DNA of 64,000 nt, taken from the NCBI RefSeq assembly GCF_009914755.1, contig NC_060939.1; one strand, 5' to 3'. Under the pieces are notes generated by a model, which made no database searches, was not told the origin of the DNA, and saw only the letters and a program-made list of their open reading frames with translations. This document shows, piece after piece, positions 45,386 through 64,000 of this stretch (within the stretch, counting starts at the first letter, position 1; every line of letters starts with the position of its first letter). Source of the stretch: the human T2T-CHM13v2.0 reference genome, Homo sapiens. The translations under genes were made by a program, and so were the position numbers.

Positions 45386-46562
45386 CTGCAGAAATTGATA
45401 AAGAAATAAAAGAATAAAGAAATTTAGGTCTGATGTTGAAAACTATCAAGTTTCTATAATACTACAGAAACACAACATTAGAGGCCAAGAAGGAATTGCT
45501 AGGACATTTCTTTATCCAAAGGACCACAGCTGGATTGCACAGACCAGTGAAACTTAAAGGTTTGAAAATGCCAATTTTTAATTTTACCAGGTACAGATGT
45601 TAAAAACCACCAAATACCACACACACTTTTTTGGTACTTTGCTTTGCATACTCAATAAAAACAGTAAAAATAAATAATAGCCTTTTCCCACCAGGATTGA
45701 CAAAAAGTTTTTTTGCCCATATTTTCTTTACACTAGTCCTTTTATGGTTTCATTTTTTAAATTTAAATTTTGCTTCAACAGAAATTTTTTTTGGTTTGTG
45801 TGTCCTAACTTCCTATATTATGGGCTACCTCTGGGAAAATAATCCAAATATCTGAAATCACCATGTAATGATTTTTTTTTCCCTTTTCCACATGGCAACA
45901 GATGGAGCTAACAGACTGTTACTTTTATTTTTAAGGACGTTATACCAAGGTCTGTGTGCCTTTTCCCCAGAAGATAGTCCACATGTGACAAAAAGGGACA
46001 ACAGAGGTTTACAAGCTTCTGCTAAAAGTTTCTCTCAGTCTAGAAATCATGCTAACTTATTGCTTATTTTAAACACATACTGGATAAAAATTTGCCCCTC
46101 AGAGAGCCAAATGGGGTATGAATTATAACAATGTCACTAAGATCCTATTTTTCTGCTTTGGGGAGGTGACGGACCTAAGAACATCTTTCCTCTCTGAAAC
46201 AGTACCACAGTGGTACCCATGAAGGCTTGTTGGAGTTGAGTCAAGTGCATGAGCAAGTGAGCTTCTCTAGCTTGGAGGTCCGGAATTTTTTAGACATTCA
46301 AGGAAATCCCACCTTTGGCAGAGGGCTAGAGTAATATCTGACTACAGTCTGGGCTTGTATTAGGTAGGGAATAAAGGGATGGTAACAAGGATCTGAATAA
46401 TCCTTTTTGGTATCCTCTGTTTCACCATAGTTAAAAGGCCTAGCTCAAATAACACTATTCATGATTTTGGTTAAGTTCTGGCATCTTTCTCAAGTGGCTA
46501 GAATGACTATCCCAATGCCATTTAATAGTCTACCTTTCCTAACATTTTATTTTTTATATATA

Positions 46563-47362
<800 letters not shown>

Positions 47363-47399
47363 TAATTTTTCCTGACTAGTCCTTTTCTTGTCAGATTAA

Positions 47400-47625
47400 C
47401 TTTTAAAAATTGAAATATAATCCATATACCATACAATTCACTAACTTAAAGTGTACAATTTAGTGTTTTTTTGGTATATTCACAAGATTGTACAACTATC
47501 ACCACTGCCTAATTCCAGAACATTTTCATCTCACCAAAAAGAAACCTTATACCAGTTAGCAGTCACTCCCTATTCACCCCACCTCTTGGTCCTTAGCAAC
47601 AACTAATCTACCTTTATATAATTAC
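47400..47625 (-). mobile_element. L1M 3' end fragment
   Basis: gaaatataatccatataccatacaattcac...aattccagaacattttcatctcaccaaaaagaaacc. Confidence 0.8.
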
Positions 47626-47727
47626 AGATTTAATATTACTAATAAAGTATAACTACTAATATAAAAATACTTTGAAAACTATTCCATGATATATAAATAT
47701 TACATATTAGATATAAAGCTAAATTAC

Positions 47728-47792
47728 CTATATCAATGTTTTCTCTTCCCAGTGCCACAAGTGAGAGAAATAGTATTTCTCTGTATAAACTC
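47728..47792 (-). CDS. DENND4A: DENND4A exon (65 nt, SLYREILFLSLVALGRENIDI)
   Basis: ctccctag|G AGT...ATA G|gtaatt; phase 2-1. Confidence 0.96.
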
Positions 47793-47957
47793 CTAGGGAG
47801 AAAAAGTCATGGAGAAAATATTAGTATCCATATAGTCCATATGTTCCCTATAAAAAATTTAATGCTATCATAAGCATGAGATATTCTAACAAATTACTAA
47901 GCAAACAATATGAATCTGCCTAGGAGAACAATATATTCGTCTAAGAGAAGGACTTAC

Positions 47958-48120
47958 CTCTGTCTTTTAAAATGTGGACACTTATTCAGTGTCTCTAAAA
48001 TCTGACTCATTGGTCCATAGACATCATTCATTTTAATGCTTTTTACCATACTTTTCAACAGTTCCTGGTTAAATGAGTTATCACTTTTTTGCAATAAATG
48101 GACCATTGGATATTTTTGGG
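47958..48120 (-). CDS. DENND4A: DENND4A exon (163 nt, QKYPMVHLLQ...CPHFKRQ)
   Basis: tttacag|CC...AG|gtaagt; phase 1-2. Confidence 0.96.
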
Positions 48121-48596
48121 CTGTAAACGAACAAAAGAACAGATGAAGGAAAATGTTCTGTGTAGAAAGGAGAAAGAAATTAAGCAGCAACTGACAGATA
48201 TTAAGTTACAAAGCACTAAAAATAAATTAAGGGCAATAGATAAAGAAATAGGAATCCAAGAATGAAGAAAGCAAAAAATAAGACAAATAATGACAAAAAA
48301 AGGTCTAAAGCTTTCTGTGGTCTTAAATAGACAATAACTAAGAATATTGTTTCCCTTAATACAGCCTCTGATGAAAATTCTAAATCAGCAGCCTGGGATG
48401 GAAACAAATAAAAAATAAGTAAAAAGAAGAAATTGGGATGAGCAATGTGCTGAAAGCTGAATTCTGCAAAACACAACCAACCCCTCCAGCACATACACAG
48501 CACCCCTCAAAAAACCAAACCAAAACAAAAAACAAAAAACAAAAAAAAACCCTTAGACCTCCATAGAAGGTAGCACTAAAAAAATCAAACACTCAC

Positions 48597-48623
48597 TCTC
48601 AAACAAAAGAGTACGACTTTGAC
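48597..48623 (-). CDS. DENND4A: Candidate DENND4A 27-nt cassette microexon (SQSRTLLFE)
   Basis: tactttttgtcttacag|GTCAAAGTCGTACTCTTTTGTTTGAGA|gtgagt; phase 1-1, no stop. Confidence 0.6.
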
Positions 48624-48742
48624 CTGTAAGACAAAAAGTAGTACAGTAAAATAAAAGTCAGTTATACATTGGTTTATGCTATTTAAAGCTAGTAGAGATT
48701 ACTCTCATATGAACAAAGTCAGCATTCTATGATGGCACTTAC

Positions 48743-48860
48743 TGTGTGCATTCCAGAGAATGTACAAGGGCTGTCCCGGATCCTGATGTAACTTCATATT
48801 GTCCCATAACATTTGTATTAAAACATATTTGCTATCTTCAGACATACAGTGGCGGGGAAT
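48743..48860 (-). CDS. DENND4A: DENND4A exon (118 nt, [39 protein letters not shown])
   Basis: cacag|ATT...CAC A|gtaagt; phase 0-1. Confidence 0.96.
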
Positions 48861-49479
48861 CTGTGTTATACAATAAACATTCATTAATGATCCTTACATG
48901 ATAATTTTTCATAAGTATTTTATAAAATTCTTATAAATATTTTTTAGGATGTATATGTGCGAGACAGAAAAGAGAACAGAAAAAGACTGATTTATCTACA
49001 TTTGATATCTACTACAGGAAGATGGGCTGTGTGGAAAAGCTAATGATCTCTAAAGATCAGATATAACAAAGTACTTGAGATCCGTGAGAAAGGGTACCAA
49101 GAAGAACTCATCTTGCTCCTCTTGCTCATGATTGAAAGTCACAGAAAGATAAATCCAGGAGTCCCATCCTATATCATCCAACACCCTGGCCCAGATAACG
49201 CTGAGTTCACATCTTTGTCACTCATGTATGATGTACTGAAAATCCGAAGCACATGCACAATCATAGGCATGCAGCACAAGAAGAGAGAAGGCAAGGTTCC
49301 TGAACTTAGAGACCACCATTTAGTGGCAGTGGCAGTATATGAAAAAGTAAAGACACTTTTATAAAACAACATACCGAAAATACAAATGAACATATAACAA
49401 ACAAATGGCCTAAATGTTAAACAAAAATCCAGGGTAAAGGAATGACGAGAGTGGTAGCACATGATTGCAATATGAATTT

Positions 49480-49999
49480 CAATAGTCCCCCTTTATCCTC
49501 AGCAGCTATATTCCAAGACCTCCAATGGATACCTATAACTGCAGATAGTACCGAACCCTATATATACTGTATTTTCCTATACATACATACTTGTGATATT
49601 TAATTTATAAATGAGGCACAAAAAGAAATTAACAATAACTAATAATAAAATAGAACAATTAAAACAATATGCCAGCATCACTGCTTTGTGCCATTAAGTA
49701 AAACAGGAGTTACATGAACACAAGCACTGTGATACCATCACAGTGGGTCTGATAACAGAGATGGCTACTCAATGATTAACAAGCAGGTGGCATACACAGC
49801 GTGGATACACCGAACAAAGGGATGATTCACATCCCAGATGGGACAGCACGAAATTTCATCATGCTACTCAGAACAGCATGCAATTTAAAACTTATGAAGT
49901 GTTTCTTTCTGGAAGTTTCCACTTAATATTTTGAGACCACAGTTACCATGGGTAACTGAAACCTCAGAAAGGAAAACCATGAATAAGGAGGGACTGCTG
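49480..49999. mobile_element. MER44 (Tigger7-derived) MITE
   Basis: TIRs caatagtccccctttatcc ... gaataaggagggactgctg followed by TA. Confidence 0.85.
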
Positions 50000-50028
50000 T
50001 ATAGATATCCTTAAAAAGTGTTAGGCTT

Positions 50029-50745
<717 letters not shown>

Positions 50746-50846
50746 ATTTAGCATAAAAACAGACCTTACTTTTTAATCATTAGGAATATGCAAACATTAC
50801 AATGGTAACAGAAGCATTCATTGCCTTTTAATTTTTAGTCTCATAC

Positions 50847-51101
50847 CTTTGAATACTTGTTACAGTGCTCAGAAGAAAGAATCAATCCAGGTAAGTTACT
50901 GGGCAAGTCAAGACGTCTGAAATACCATACCAGGTTCCAAAAAACAATTGGATGATGGTCCACAAAGTCTGCTACTGTTATTGCATGATCACCTTCATTT
51001 TCCAATAAGCTTTCAAGTTCTTTCCATACCACTAAAGGACTAAGATACGGAACAGTGACAGGATCGGGACTTGGAAGGTGCCATTCTAAACCTAAAGAAT
51101 C
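50847..51101 (-). CDS. DENND4A: DENND4A exon (255 nt, DSLGLEW...[21 protein letters not shown]...[18 protein letters not shown]...YSK)
   Basis: caacag|GAT...AAG|gtatga; conserved DENND4/Crag C-terminal block; phase 0-0. Confidence 0.98.
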
Positions 51102-51322
51102 CTGTTGAATAAATAAAAACCATAAATGGCAAATGCAAAATAATACTAAGCCATTAAAAAATTCAATGATTCCCATATGAGTAGAAAAGTAATATAATTG
51201 TATCATGGGATAAGAGACTCTTCTTGGCAATAATAAAGCTAATAAGACTACTTAAGACAAGGGGAACAAAATCATACGTAAGTGATCAATTTCCAAATAA
51301 AAAAATACACCAAAATACATAC

Positions 51323-52271
<949 letters not shown>

Positions 52272-53176
52272 CTACTCAGGCTTCAGCTGGGAAACAGGAT
52301 ATATTTTTAAGTAGTATAGTCATGATAAATTTCCTTTTTTATCAAATCAACTGTAAATATTCAAAATTCATTCATTTATTCAAAACATTTAGTAGACTTC
52401 TATATAGCAGAAAGCACACTAGACCATGGGGATAGAAAGCAGAGAAAAAAGGCACATATTCCTTCAGGAGTCACAACCCAGGAGACAAAGATAAGGGCTA
52501 CAATAGACCGGTGATGAAAGAAGGTGCACAAACAGATTTTTGGTTTTATTAAGTAATCAAGATCACACAGGTCACGTTAGCCTGCCAACACTATACAGGC
52601 ATTTTTTGGCACATGCAGCTACCAATATGGCTTCATCTGTCCAGCTATATATGGCTTATTTGGCACTTCCGCACAATGGAATTGATTTCTGCATCAGTTT
52701 TAAGTGTAGATTTACTTATATTAGGCTTACTATATAAATTTTAGTTTAATTTCGCAGTTCCTATATCAGCTCCAAATGTTTTCTTAGATTATTAAATATT
52801 CCCTAGGTAGAAAATTAAATATTAAAAAGTAGTAGTATTGACTTAATTCCTGAAGAGATAGAGACAAGAAAAAAGATAGTCATTATAAACCTCAAGTGTT
52901 CTACATTTTTTTTACCTTTAAAATACTAGTAAACATTATCATATATACATACAGCTTAAACTCTGGGGATTAATAAAGCATAACATATAACTACATATTT
53001 AAAGATTTATGTGATTAGAGAATTTTAACACTGTTTTAAGAGTAAGAATTTAAGATTATGAATCTGTTATTCATAGACATTTAAACCTGGAAATGGTCAA
53101 CTAATTTTTCTGTCATACTTCTAAAATATGTGTAAATATATGTTGTTAAAATATAGTTCCACATAATCATAATTAC

Positions 53177-53323
53177 CTATTTAGATCAAAATTCCCTTGA
53201 ACAGAGAGAGCAGATGTGTCAAGACCAGAGGCTGATGTTGAAATGCAAGACTGCCTCGTCTGACTTGAAATGGAGGATGGAAAGTGCATATTTTCTGTTG
53301 ATGGGCTTGACTTTAGAAAGTAT
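53177..53323 (-). CDS. DENND4A: DENND4A exon (147 nt, YFLKSSPSTENMHFP...GNFDLN)
   Basis: cattacag|A TAC...AG|gtaatt; phase 2-2. Confidence 0.94.
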
Positions 53324-53410
53324 CTGTAATGTGAATCGAAGGAACTTTTTGAGAAAAGAGATATTATAGGGAACATGATCCTTAAACATGAAGGAAAAAA
53401 ATATCATTAC

Positions 53411-53586
53411 CTTCCAGGTCGTCTTAAATCTCTTATTTCTATATTCAGAAAGGGTAAGAAGATATTGCCACAGAATGGGCATGTAGTATTGAGATTTGAA
53501 TCATCTGCTGTCCAGCCAGCCATGATTTCCTCATCATGGACAAGACAATCACAAGTTCTACACCGAGAGCAACTTGAGATGAGAAC
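53411..53586 (-). CDS. DENND4A: DENND4A exon (176 nt, [40 protein letters not shown]...RPG)
   Basis: cccacag|GTT...AG|gtaatg; phase 0-2; followed by an 87-nt intron. Confidence 0.97.
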
Positions 53587-54782
53587 CTGTGGGAGAAGAT
53601 AGCACTTTATAAAGAAAGCTGGTTAATTCAGATTATGAATTAAAAACCATTTCAATTCATAAATTCATTGGATAATTAAAACCCAGAAGGATTCAGATGC
53701 TATACACAAACACTGGATTACATCAGTGTATTATATACTATAATCGTCTTCAGCTAAATCCATTCCAGAATTTTTGCCTGAAAGGGAAACTTGCTTTTAA
53801 GTGAGGATTTTTTTCATTATAAATCAGAGTAAAATGTGCTGTGGTTTTATTAATGGAAAAGTAAACTCAATCACTAATTTGTTAATACCCCAAACAGGCA
53901 TTTGTAATTACATATTACAAATCAGTGTGGTTGCCAGACCAGTACTGGTCTACAAACACTTACTGGATTGTGATGAGATAAATAAGAAATTGAGAGGAGG
54001 ATTTATAAACTTTTTAAAGTACTGTGATATTGCAGTAACATCTAAGTGTGTAATCAATGTATTTTCTAAGAATATTAGCTATGACAGATTAGAAATTAAA
54101 CAAACAAAATGAAAACAACCCTGGTCTTTTACAAAAGACAGTTTAATAAGCATTGCTATAGATAACTATAAATGCTATCATTATGTTAAGAAAATATAGA
54201 AATTCTTGAAGCCTCCAGAAACTTTGTAAAGTTAGTGTTCATCATCTATGTTTTGGCTGTATGCAAATTTATTTTCCAGATTTATGCAAATTAACATAAA
54301 ATAGCAACCATACTCACAAATGTATTTGGAAGCAATTTTTACAGAAAAATTAGGAAAAAGTTTTAAAGTGAAAAAGTATAACTTTTTCATTTTAAGTATG
54401 TGGGATACAAACGCTTACCCAGCAGAGACCTACGTCAAACTGACACAAAGAATGAAAAACATGGTGGAAGAAACTGACAACATAATGCCAAAACTACTCC
54501 CTGTACATTCACCAAAAAAGTATGCTTGCATAGCAAAACTGATTGTGTTTATTATGTGAAATAAACACTCAAAGAGAACATTCATGAAACAAACCCAAAT
54601 ACTAACAAAGAAAATTAAAATGCTTTTGTAGGTTGATAAACCTTAAAGTAAGCATAGATCTGTCCTAATAGAAATAAGTTAGTATGACTTCAATAATCTG
54701 AAATACTGGATATCCAAAAGCTAAATTTTAACTTTACTCAGATGCAATTCACATTCTGAAATTTCAGGTGCTATGTATTTAA

Positions 54783-55130
<348 letters not shown>

Positions 55131-55189
55131 TAAGAAATGTGCATTTTATAAAGCAGTATATGAAGATTCTCTTTTGCACAAAAGTGTAC

Positions 55190-55284
55190 CTCCATTGCAT
55201 AGTTCTGGAAGATATTTGTATTACTCGCGTTGAAGGAAGATGTCACTTCTGATTTCCCAGGTAAGGCAAACTTCGACAGAGATC
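55190..55284 (-). CDS. DENND4A: DENND4A exon (95 nt, SLSKFALPGKSEVTSSFNASNTNIFQNYAME)
   Basis: gaacag|GA...GAG|gtacac; phase 1-0. Confidence 0.93.
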
Positions 55285-55740
55285 CTGTTCATTAGTGAAA
55301 AACAAAGAACAGAAACCATTAAAATTAATGAGAAAGGATATAAGAATCTTTTACTTCCATAAGTTCTCAGATAAAATGTTAACCTATTCCAGTCAAAATA
55401 TTAAAACTAATTAGGAAAAACAAATAAATAATGAACAAGATTTTTTCAAGGCATGAAGTTTTGAGCACAAACCTAAGGAAATGTGCTCTAATTCTGCTCA
55501 TCCCCACATCTTAGGTGTGTCCACTCATTACTGACTTACTAAAGCACTTTATGTGAACAGACTAGAAAACATTCTAGTCATTAGTAATTATTGTGCTGTT
55601 TCTATTTTTTCATGTTTAAAATACAGGAAAGTATTTAGTTCCAAGGTCTAAAAAGTATAAAATAGCCCATTTTTATTTCAAATCATGAAAAAGATTTAGT
55701 GGCAATTCTCTCCTTATAAGGGTCTTTTAAGAACTAGAAT

Positions 55741-56870
<1,130 letters not shown>

Positions 56871-57479
56871 TAAATGATAAACAAAGGTTAAAAAAAAAAA
56901 ATGGTGTAAACTACCAGTCCATGAGAAATAAGAGGGGATGGGAAAACATGTTAAACACCACCACCGGGATACAATCAGCATGATCCAGACTAAAGACTTG
57001 ATTGCTTAGCAAATAAATAACAAGGAGGAAAAAAAAAAAAAAAAAGGTCCAGAACTATCACTGGTCCTACTCCCTACCATGTAGAGACACCCTAGAGAGG
57101 CAGAAAACGAGCTGAAATCTCACTGTCCTTTAAGATGCTTAGCACTGGTGGTAAATGCAGTTCTTCCCTTGATGCTTCTTCCCAAAAACCTTCTGTAATC
57201 CCTCTGCTACAGCTAGTTCAAAATTGCTTCCCCAAACTTTCTATTAGCCTTGAGTATCATTTATTTGAGCAGCCTACCTTTTGTATCTAACTAATCTACA
57301 GTATAGAATATTCATTTTAATAAATATGAATCAGGCTGTAAGTTTAGTGTTATTTGCTTAGACAATGAACTGTTCTTGTATGTTAAAAAAGAAAAGAAGG
57401 GAGTGGGGCTAATCACCTAATTTCTTCATAAATATACAGCAAGGGGGAAAAAAAGAGGGAGAGGAAGGGGAATAAAGAC

Positions 57480-59760
57480 AAAAAAGAGTTAATAGACATA
57501 TCAGCCAAATGCAAATGCTGGCCCTGTATGGACCCCAATGTGAAAAAACCATCTATAAAATGAGTTTTATAACCATGAAAATTTGAAACTAAATATTTGA
57601 TATATATGATAAATATCACTTAAAAGTATGATGGTATTATGATTTATGTTTTCAAAAAAACACTTCATAAAAGATACATACTATTTGAGCCCATAAAGTG
57701 TTCAAAAATAGCCGAGTTAATCTATGGTGTTAGAAGTTAATGTTTACCTGTAAAGAAAGAAGTGACTAGACATGGGCACGAGAGAGGGTTCTAGATGCTA
57801 TGAATGTTGTTTCTTGAGCTGAGTGCTGATTACTCAGGTGTGCTGAATTTGTGAACGTATTGACATTCATAAAAGTATAGCTGAGTGTGGTGGCTCAAGC
57901 CTGTAATCCCAGCACTTTGGGAAGCCAATGCTGGAGGATCACTTGAGCCCAGGAGTTTGAGACCAGCCTGTGAGATCCCATCTCTACAAAAAAATAGCCG
58001 GGTGTGCTGGTGCACGCCTGTAGTCCCAGCTACTTGGGATGCTGAGGCTTGAGCATGGGAGATCATGGTTGCAGTGAGCCATGACTGTGCCACTGTACTC
58101 CAGCCTGAGCAACAGAGTGAGACCCTATCTTAAAAAAAAAAAAAAAAGACACATTATATGTTACACTTAAATAGTTTAAAATAGATAACATAAAAGTCTC
58201 TTACTTTAGAGATACATATTGAAGTTTATGAATAAAATTATACATTGTCTGAGATTTGCTTGAAATAACTCATTGAGGAAGGAGAAAACGTTGGCAGCAA
58301 AGGAGAAAGGAACAGATAAAGTAAGATTGGTTATTGGTTGATAATTATTGAAGTTGGTGATGGATACATGGGGGTTCATAATGCTATTCCTTATACTTTT
58401 GCATGTTTGAAAATTTCCATAATAAAAGCTTTTTAAAAGAGCAAAGATAAAGTGAAAAACAAATCTTCTATTACATCCATTCTTCATACCATTAACCAGG
58501 ATAACTTTCTATGGATCAAATATCTAAATCAGAGGTAAAATCCATATTTGTATGGCCCTGAGCTAAGAGTGTCTTTTACATTTAAAAAAGCTGTTAAAGA
58601 AACAAACAAAAAAGAATATGTGACAGAGGTGTATGTGGCCTGCAAAACCTAAAATATTTACTACATAATGCTTTACACAAAAAGTCTGCTGGCCCCAGAA
58701 AATATTAAGAAGGAAACCAGATAAGTATCAGAAGAAAACACTGGTGGATTCTTTTACATCTTAAGGAAAGAAAAACCTTTTCTAGCAACTCACAATCCAG
58801 AAGCAATAAGGGGAAAGACTGATACATTTGATGATATAGAATTTAAAACTTACATATGGCAAAAAAAACACCCCCAAAAAACAAACTTAGATAAACTACT
58901 TGCAACTTATATAAGCAACAAAGGATTAACTCCCCAATATAAAAAAAGCTACTAAAAACATTAAAAAAAAAAAGGACCAACAATTAAACTGTAGGCAAAG
59001 GACAGTCCACAGAAGAAGAAATGCAAATGGTCCTTAAACAGATTCTCAACTTCATTTATAAGAGAAATAGAAATGAAAACTGACTGAAATACATTCCTCA
59101 CCTATCAGATGGTAAAAATCCAAGTGTGCCAACATAGTTTGTTGACAAGGCTGTGGGGAAATAGGTATTCTCATATACTGGCAGTGGGAATGCAAAATAA
59201 CCTGAGGAAGGGAACTTGGCAATAGCACTTCAAGGAAGAATTCTGAAGTATCTTCCAAAGACACACTGGTAAAAATATAACATATATGCATTATAGCATT
59301 AGAAAAACTGGAAACTTGACATCCATTAATAGGGAAGTCGCTAAAATAAATTATAATACATCCACACATGATGTATAACTATAATTTTGTACTATATAGC
59401 TGAAAAAATGAATGGGGAACATTGCTATGGGATGATATAGAATGATCTTCAGAGTATATTAAGTGAAAAAATCAAGGGGTAGGAAACTATTGACAGTATG
59501 TTACCTTTGAGTAAGAAGACAGGGAAGTAATAAGGAAAAATATATATATATATATATATATATACCTATACCTATATTTTTAAAAAAGCAACGATGGAAG
59601 GATAAACCAAAAATGAATAAAAATGGTTGCTTCTAGGGATAGGGAGAAAACAGGATGAGGGAGTGGGGATGAAAGTTATACTTTTGTGAAAGTGCCTTGG
59701 TTTTATTGTTTTGACTTTGGAACTATACAAATTGTTTACAAAATTAAAAAACAACATTAA
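57480..59760 (+). mobile_element. Old L1M fragments with Alu (57879-58147), MER58-family piece (about 58545-58700) and (TA)n (59540-59563)
   Basis: L1 3'-region phrases (gaaatgcaaatggtccttaaac, tggatacatgggggttcat); MER58 end ggcctgcaaaacctaaaatatttact. Confidence 0.65.
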
Positions 59761-59842
59761 ATCATAAAGAAAAAAGTGAAAGTGTCACAATTCAAATGAA
59801 ACTACAAATCAAATGCAGTATGACAGAACTGTTTGGACAAAC

Positions 59843-60032
59843 CTTCCAAGGATGCAGAACTTTCCAGGCTTATTCGGCTGAGATCAATTCTCTTAGTCCC
59901 TGAAGTAGCACTGGTCTCTTGAGAGGAGATAGGTCCTTCCAACTCATGGCAGACATCTTCATCTGTTAAAGAGGTAGATTCAGAATCCTGGGCTCCCACT
60001 GAAGAAAGACTGGTACGATCAGAACTTTGATC
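59843..60032 (-). CDS. DENND4A: DENND4A exon (190 nt, DQSSDRTSLSSVGAQDSESTSLTDED...SASLE); gene continues beyond the window end
   Basis: gtccttag|GAT...GAA G|gtttgt; phase 0-1. Confidence 0.93.
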
Positions 60033-60528
60033 CTAAGGACATAATTATAAGCTTAATTTCTTGTACATTTAAAGGTAATTAATTAAAAAGTCACTTCTAA
60101 GGCAGAAAAAACACTTATCACCTAACTACCCAGATGATCAGCTGAACTAATATTACAACATCTAGAGAAAAAAACAAGCAATTTTACAAAGGCATGCTAA
60201 TTTGGACAAATGTGCTGCAGTTCAATTTTTAGGAAATCATTTTTTAGTTACAGCAAAGTATATACTAGTTAGTAAGGTAACCTCGTTGACTTTTAATTTC
60301 CATTTATTGATAATTTTCCTCTCTGACAAGGTATCACCCAAACATGAAACCACTAGAATTACGTTTTATTCTTTTCCACAATATCCAAGGTTTCAAAGAC
60401 ATATATATTTCTACTTTTCATTTTTGAGAACACTGAAGTTAAATCTTTTTCTGATTATATTAAAAATACATGAGAAAATCTGGTAGCTGTAGATTTTTAC
60501 ACGAAAAAAATTTAATACCTGTAATTCC

Positions 60529-60961
<433 letters not shown>

Positions 60962-61249
60962 CTGTATCTTGCTAATGAAGTAATTCTCCACTCCTAAATG
61001 AGAAAAAAATTTTTTAAATGTGCACTTAAATATCTAATCCATCTAGGATTATTATTTTTTTTGTTCAGTGAAGGGCAGGAATCTTTTCCTCAAGTGGATA
61101 CCTAAGTGTACCAACACATTTATTTAATATTCTCATTTCCCACTGATGTTAAATGCTATTTTTTCATATCCCAAACTTCTATGTACATATACAGTTTTAT
61201 TTCTGGACTTTTCTCCATTCCACTGGTCCATTTATCTGTTTTGCATTGA

Positions 61250-63152
<1,903 letters not shown>

Positions 63153-64000
63153 CAGACCTTCCCTTGAATGACAGAGCTCAATGTTAGCATGTCTGTAAGC
63201 AGGCCACCCTTTAGAGTGCCTGGATGGGTAATTGGAAGAGAATGTACAGGGCGACCAAACAAAGGAAGGTTTTACTTTGGTTGGTGGGTACTTCAGTATA
63301 TTTTAAGTAGAGTGGGGCTTCCTTAAAAAAACTCTGGGCTAATAATGAAATTTTGGAATTACTTTTAACCCTACTTTCTTTCTCATCTCAATGCCTGTCC
63401 TTGGTATCTCTCCTTCACTCTTAGTACTTACAGATTTCATACCTTTGTGAGCTGGAGTATTTCATTTTCACAACTACTCCTGCAAGAGGAAAAACAACGC
63501 CTAGCCTAACTATTCCTTAAGTAGTCTTTTAATTTAATTACCTGGCTGTGTAATTTTATACTTCTGCCTGCTCACCTGGGCTTCATTCACAAGAACAGTT
63601 CTCATCTTGGTAGCTGATCTCTCTTATGACTACTTTGGAGGCTATACTTTCTGTATTCAGGCATTTTCATCAATCCAGTTTCATTTGCTTTCTCATTTTC
63701 AGAAAGGTATGAAAATTTCTCATCTCCTGATGGCATACTTTTCTTCTTTCATTGCTTTGATGGATTTATTATATTCTCCTATTTTTCTGTCACTTTAATG
63801 GGATTTTGAGGAGGAGGGAATACAGATATGTATTTTAACATCCTGAACCAGAAGTCTTGTTGCTGTTTATGCATACAAGAATTACTTAGTATAAAAAATA
63901 AGACGAATAGTTGAATTTTTCTAATTAAAATACAGATTATGCATGTTTGAGTAGATTATAAAAAAGAATGATTTTACATTGAGAGACATTAAATTCTTTA

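Noticed and set aside
49113-49462. Overlapping ORFs on both strands in a DENND4A intron
   Set aside because: Flanking exons already join in frame; no convincing splice-site pair; partly repeat-like

Overview
Human (primate) genomic DNA, rich in Alu/L1/L2/MIR/DNA-transposon relics, with two convergent genes. Plus strand: the complete SLC24A1 gene (NCKX1, rod Na+/Ca2+-K+ exchanger). Its nine coding exons (7479-37477) splice with GT-AG boundaries into exactly 3300 nt (1099 aa + stop), after a probable non-coding exon 1 ending at 5490. Minus strand: the last ten coding exons of DENND4A (60032 to 45249; 1545 nt = 514 aa + stop) and a ~2.7-kb 3'UTR ending near 42520. No CRISPR, rRNA or tRNA was seen, and I cannot support a wholly new gene system. 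Best leads: (1) a clean in-frame 27-nt candidate microexon in DENND4A (48597-48623); (2) a strong plus-strand acceptor at 43676 giving a candidate SLC24A1 alternative last exon lying entirely antisense inside the DENND4A 3'UTR; (3) a 49-bp inverted duplication bracketing an Alu that would be fully paired (tandem G-U) only in DENND4A pre-mRNA; (4) a MADE1/miR-548-type hairpin; (5) a strong donor 29 nt upstream of SLC24A1 exon 5; (6) uORFs over the SLC24A1 start. Repeat boundaries and subfamily names are approximate, read by eye.
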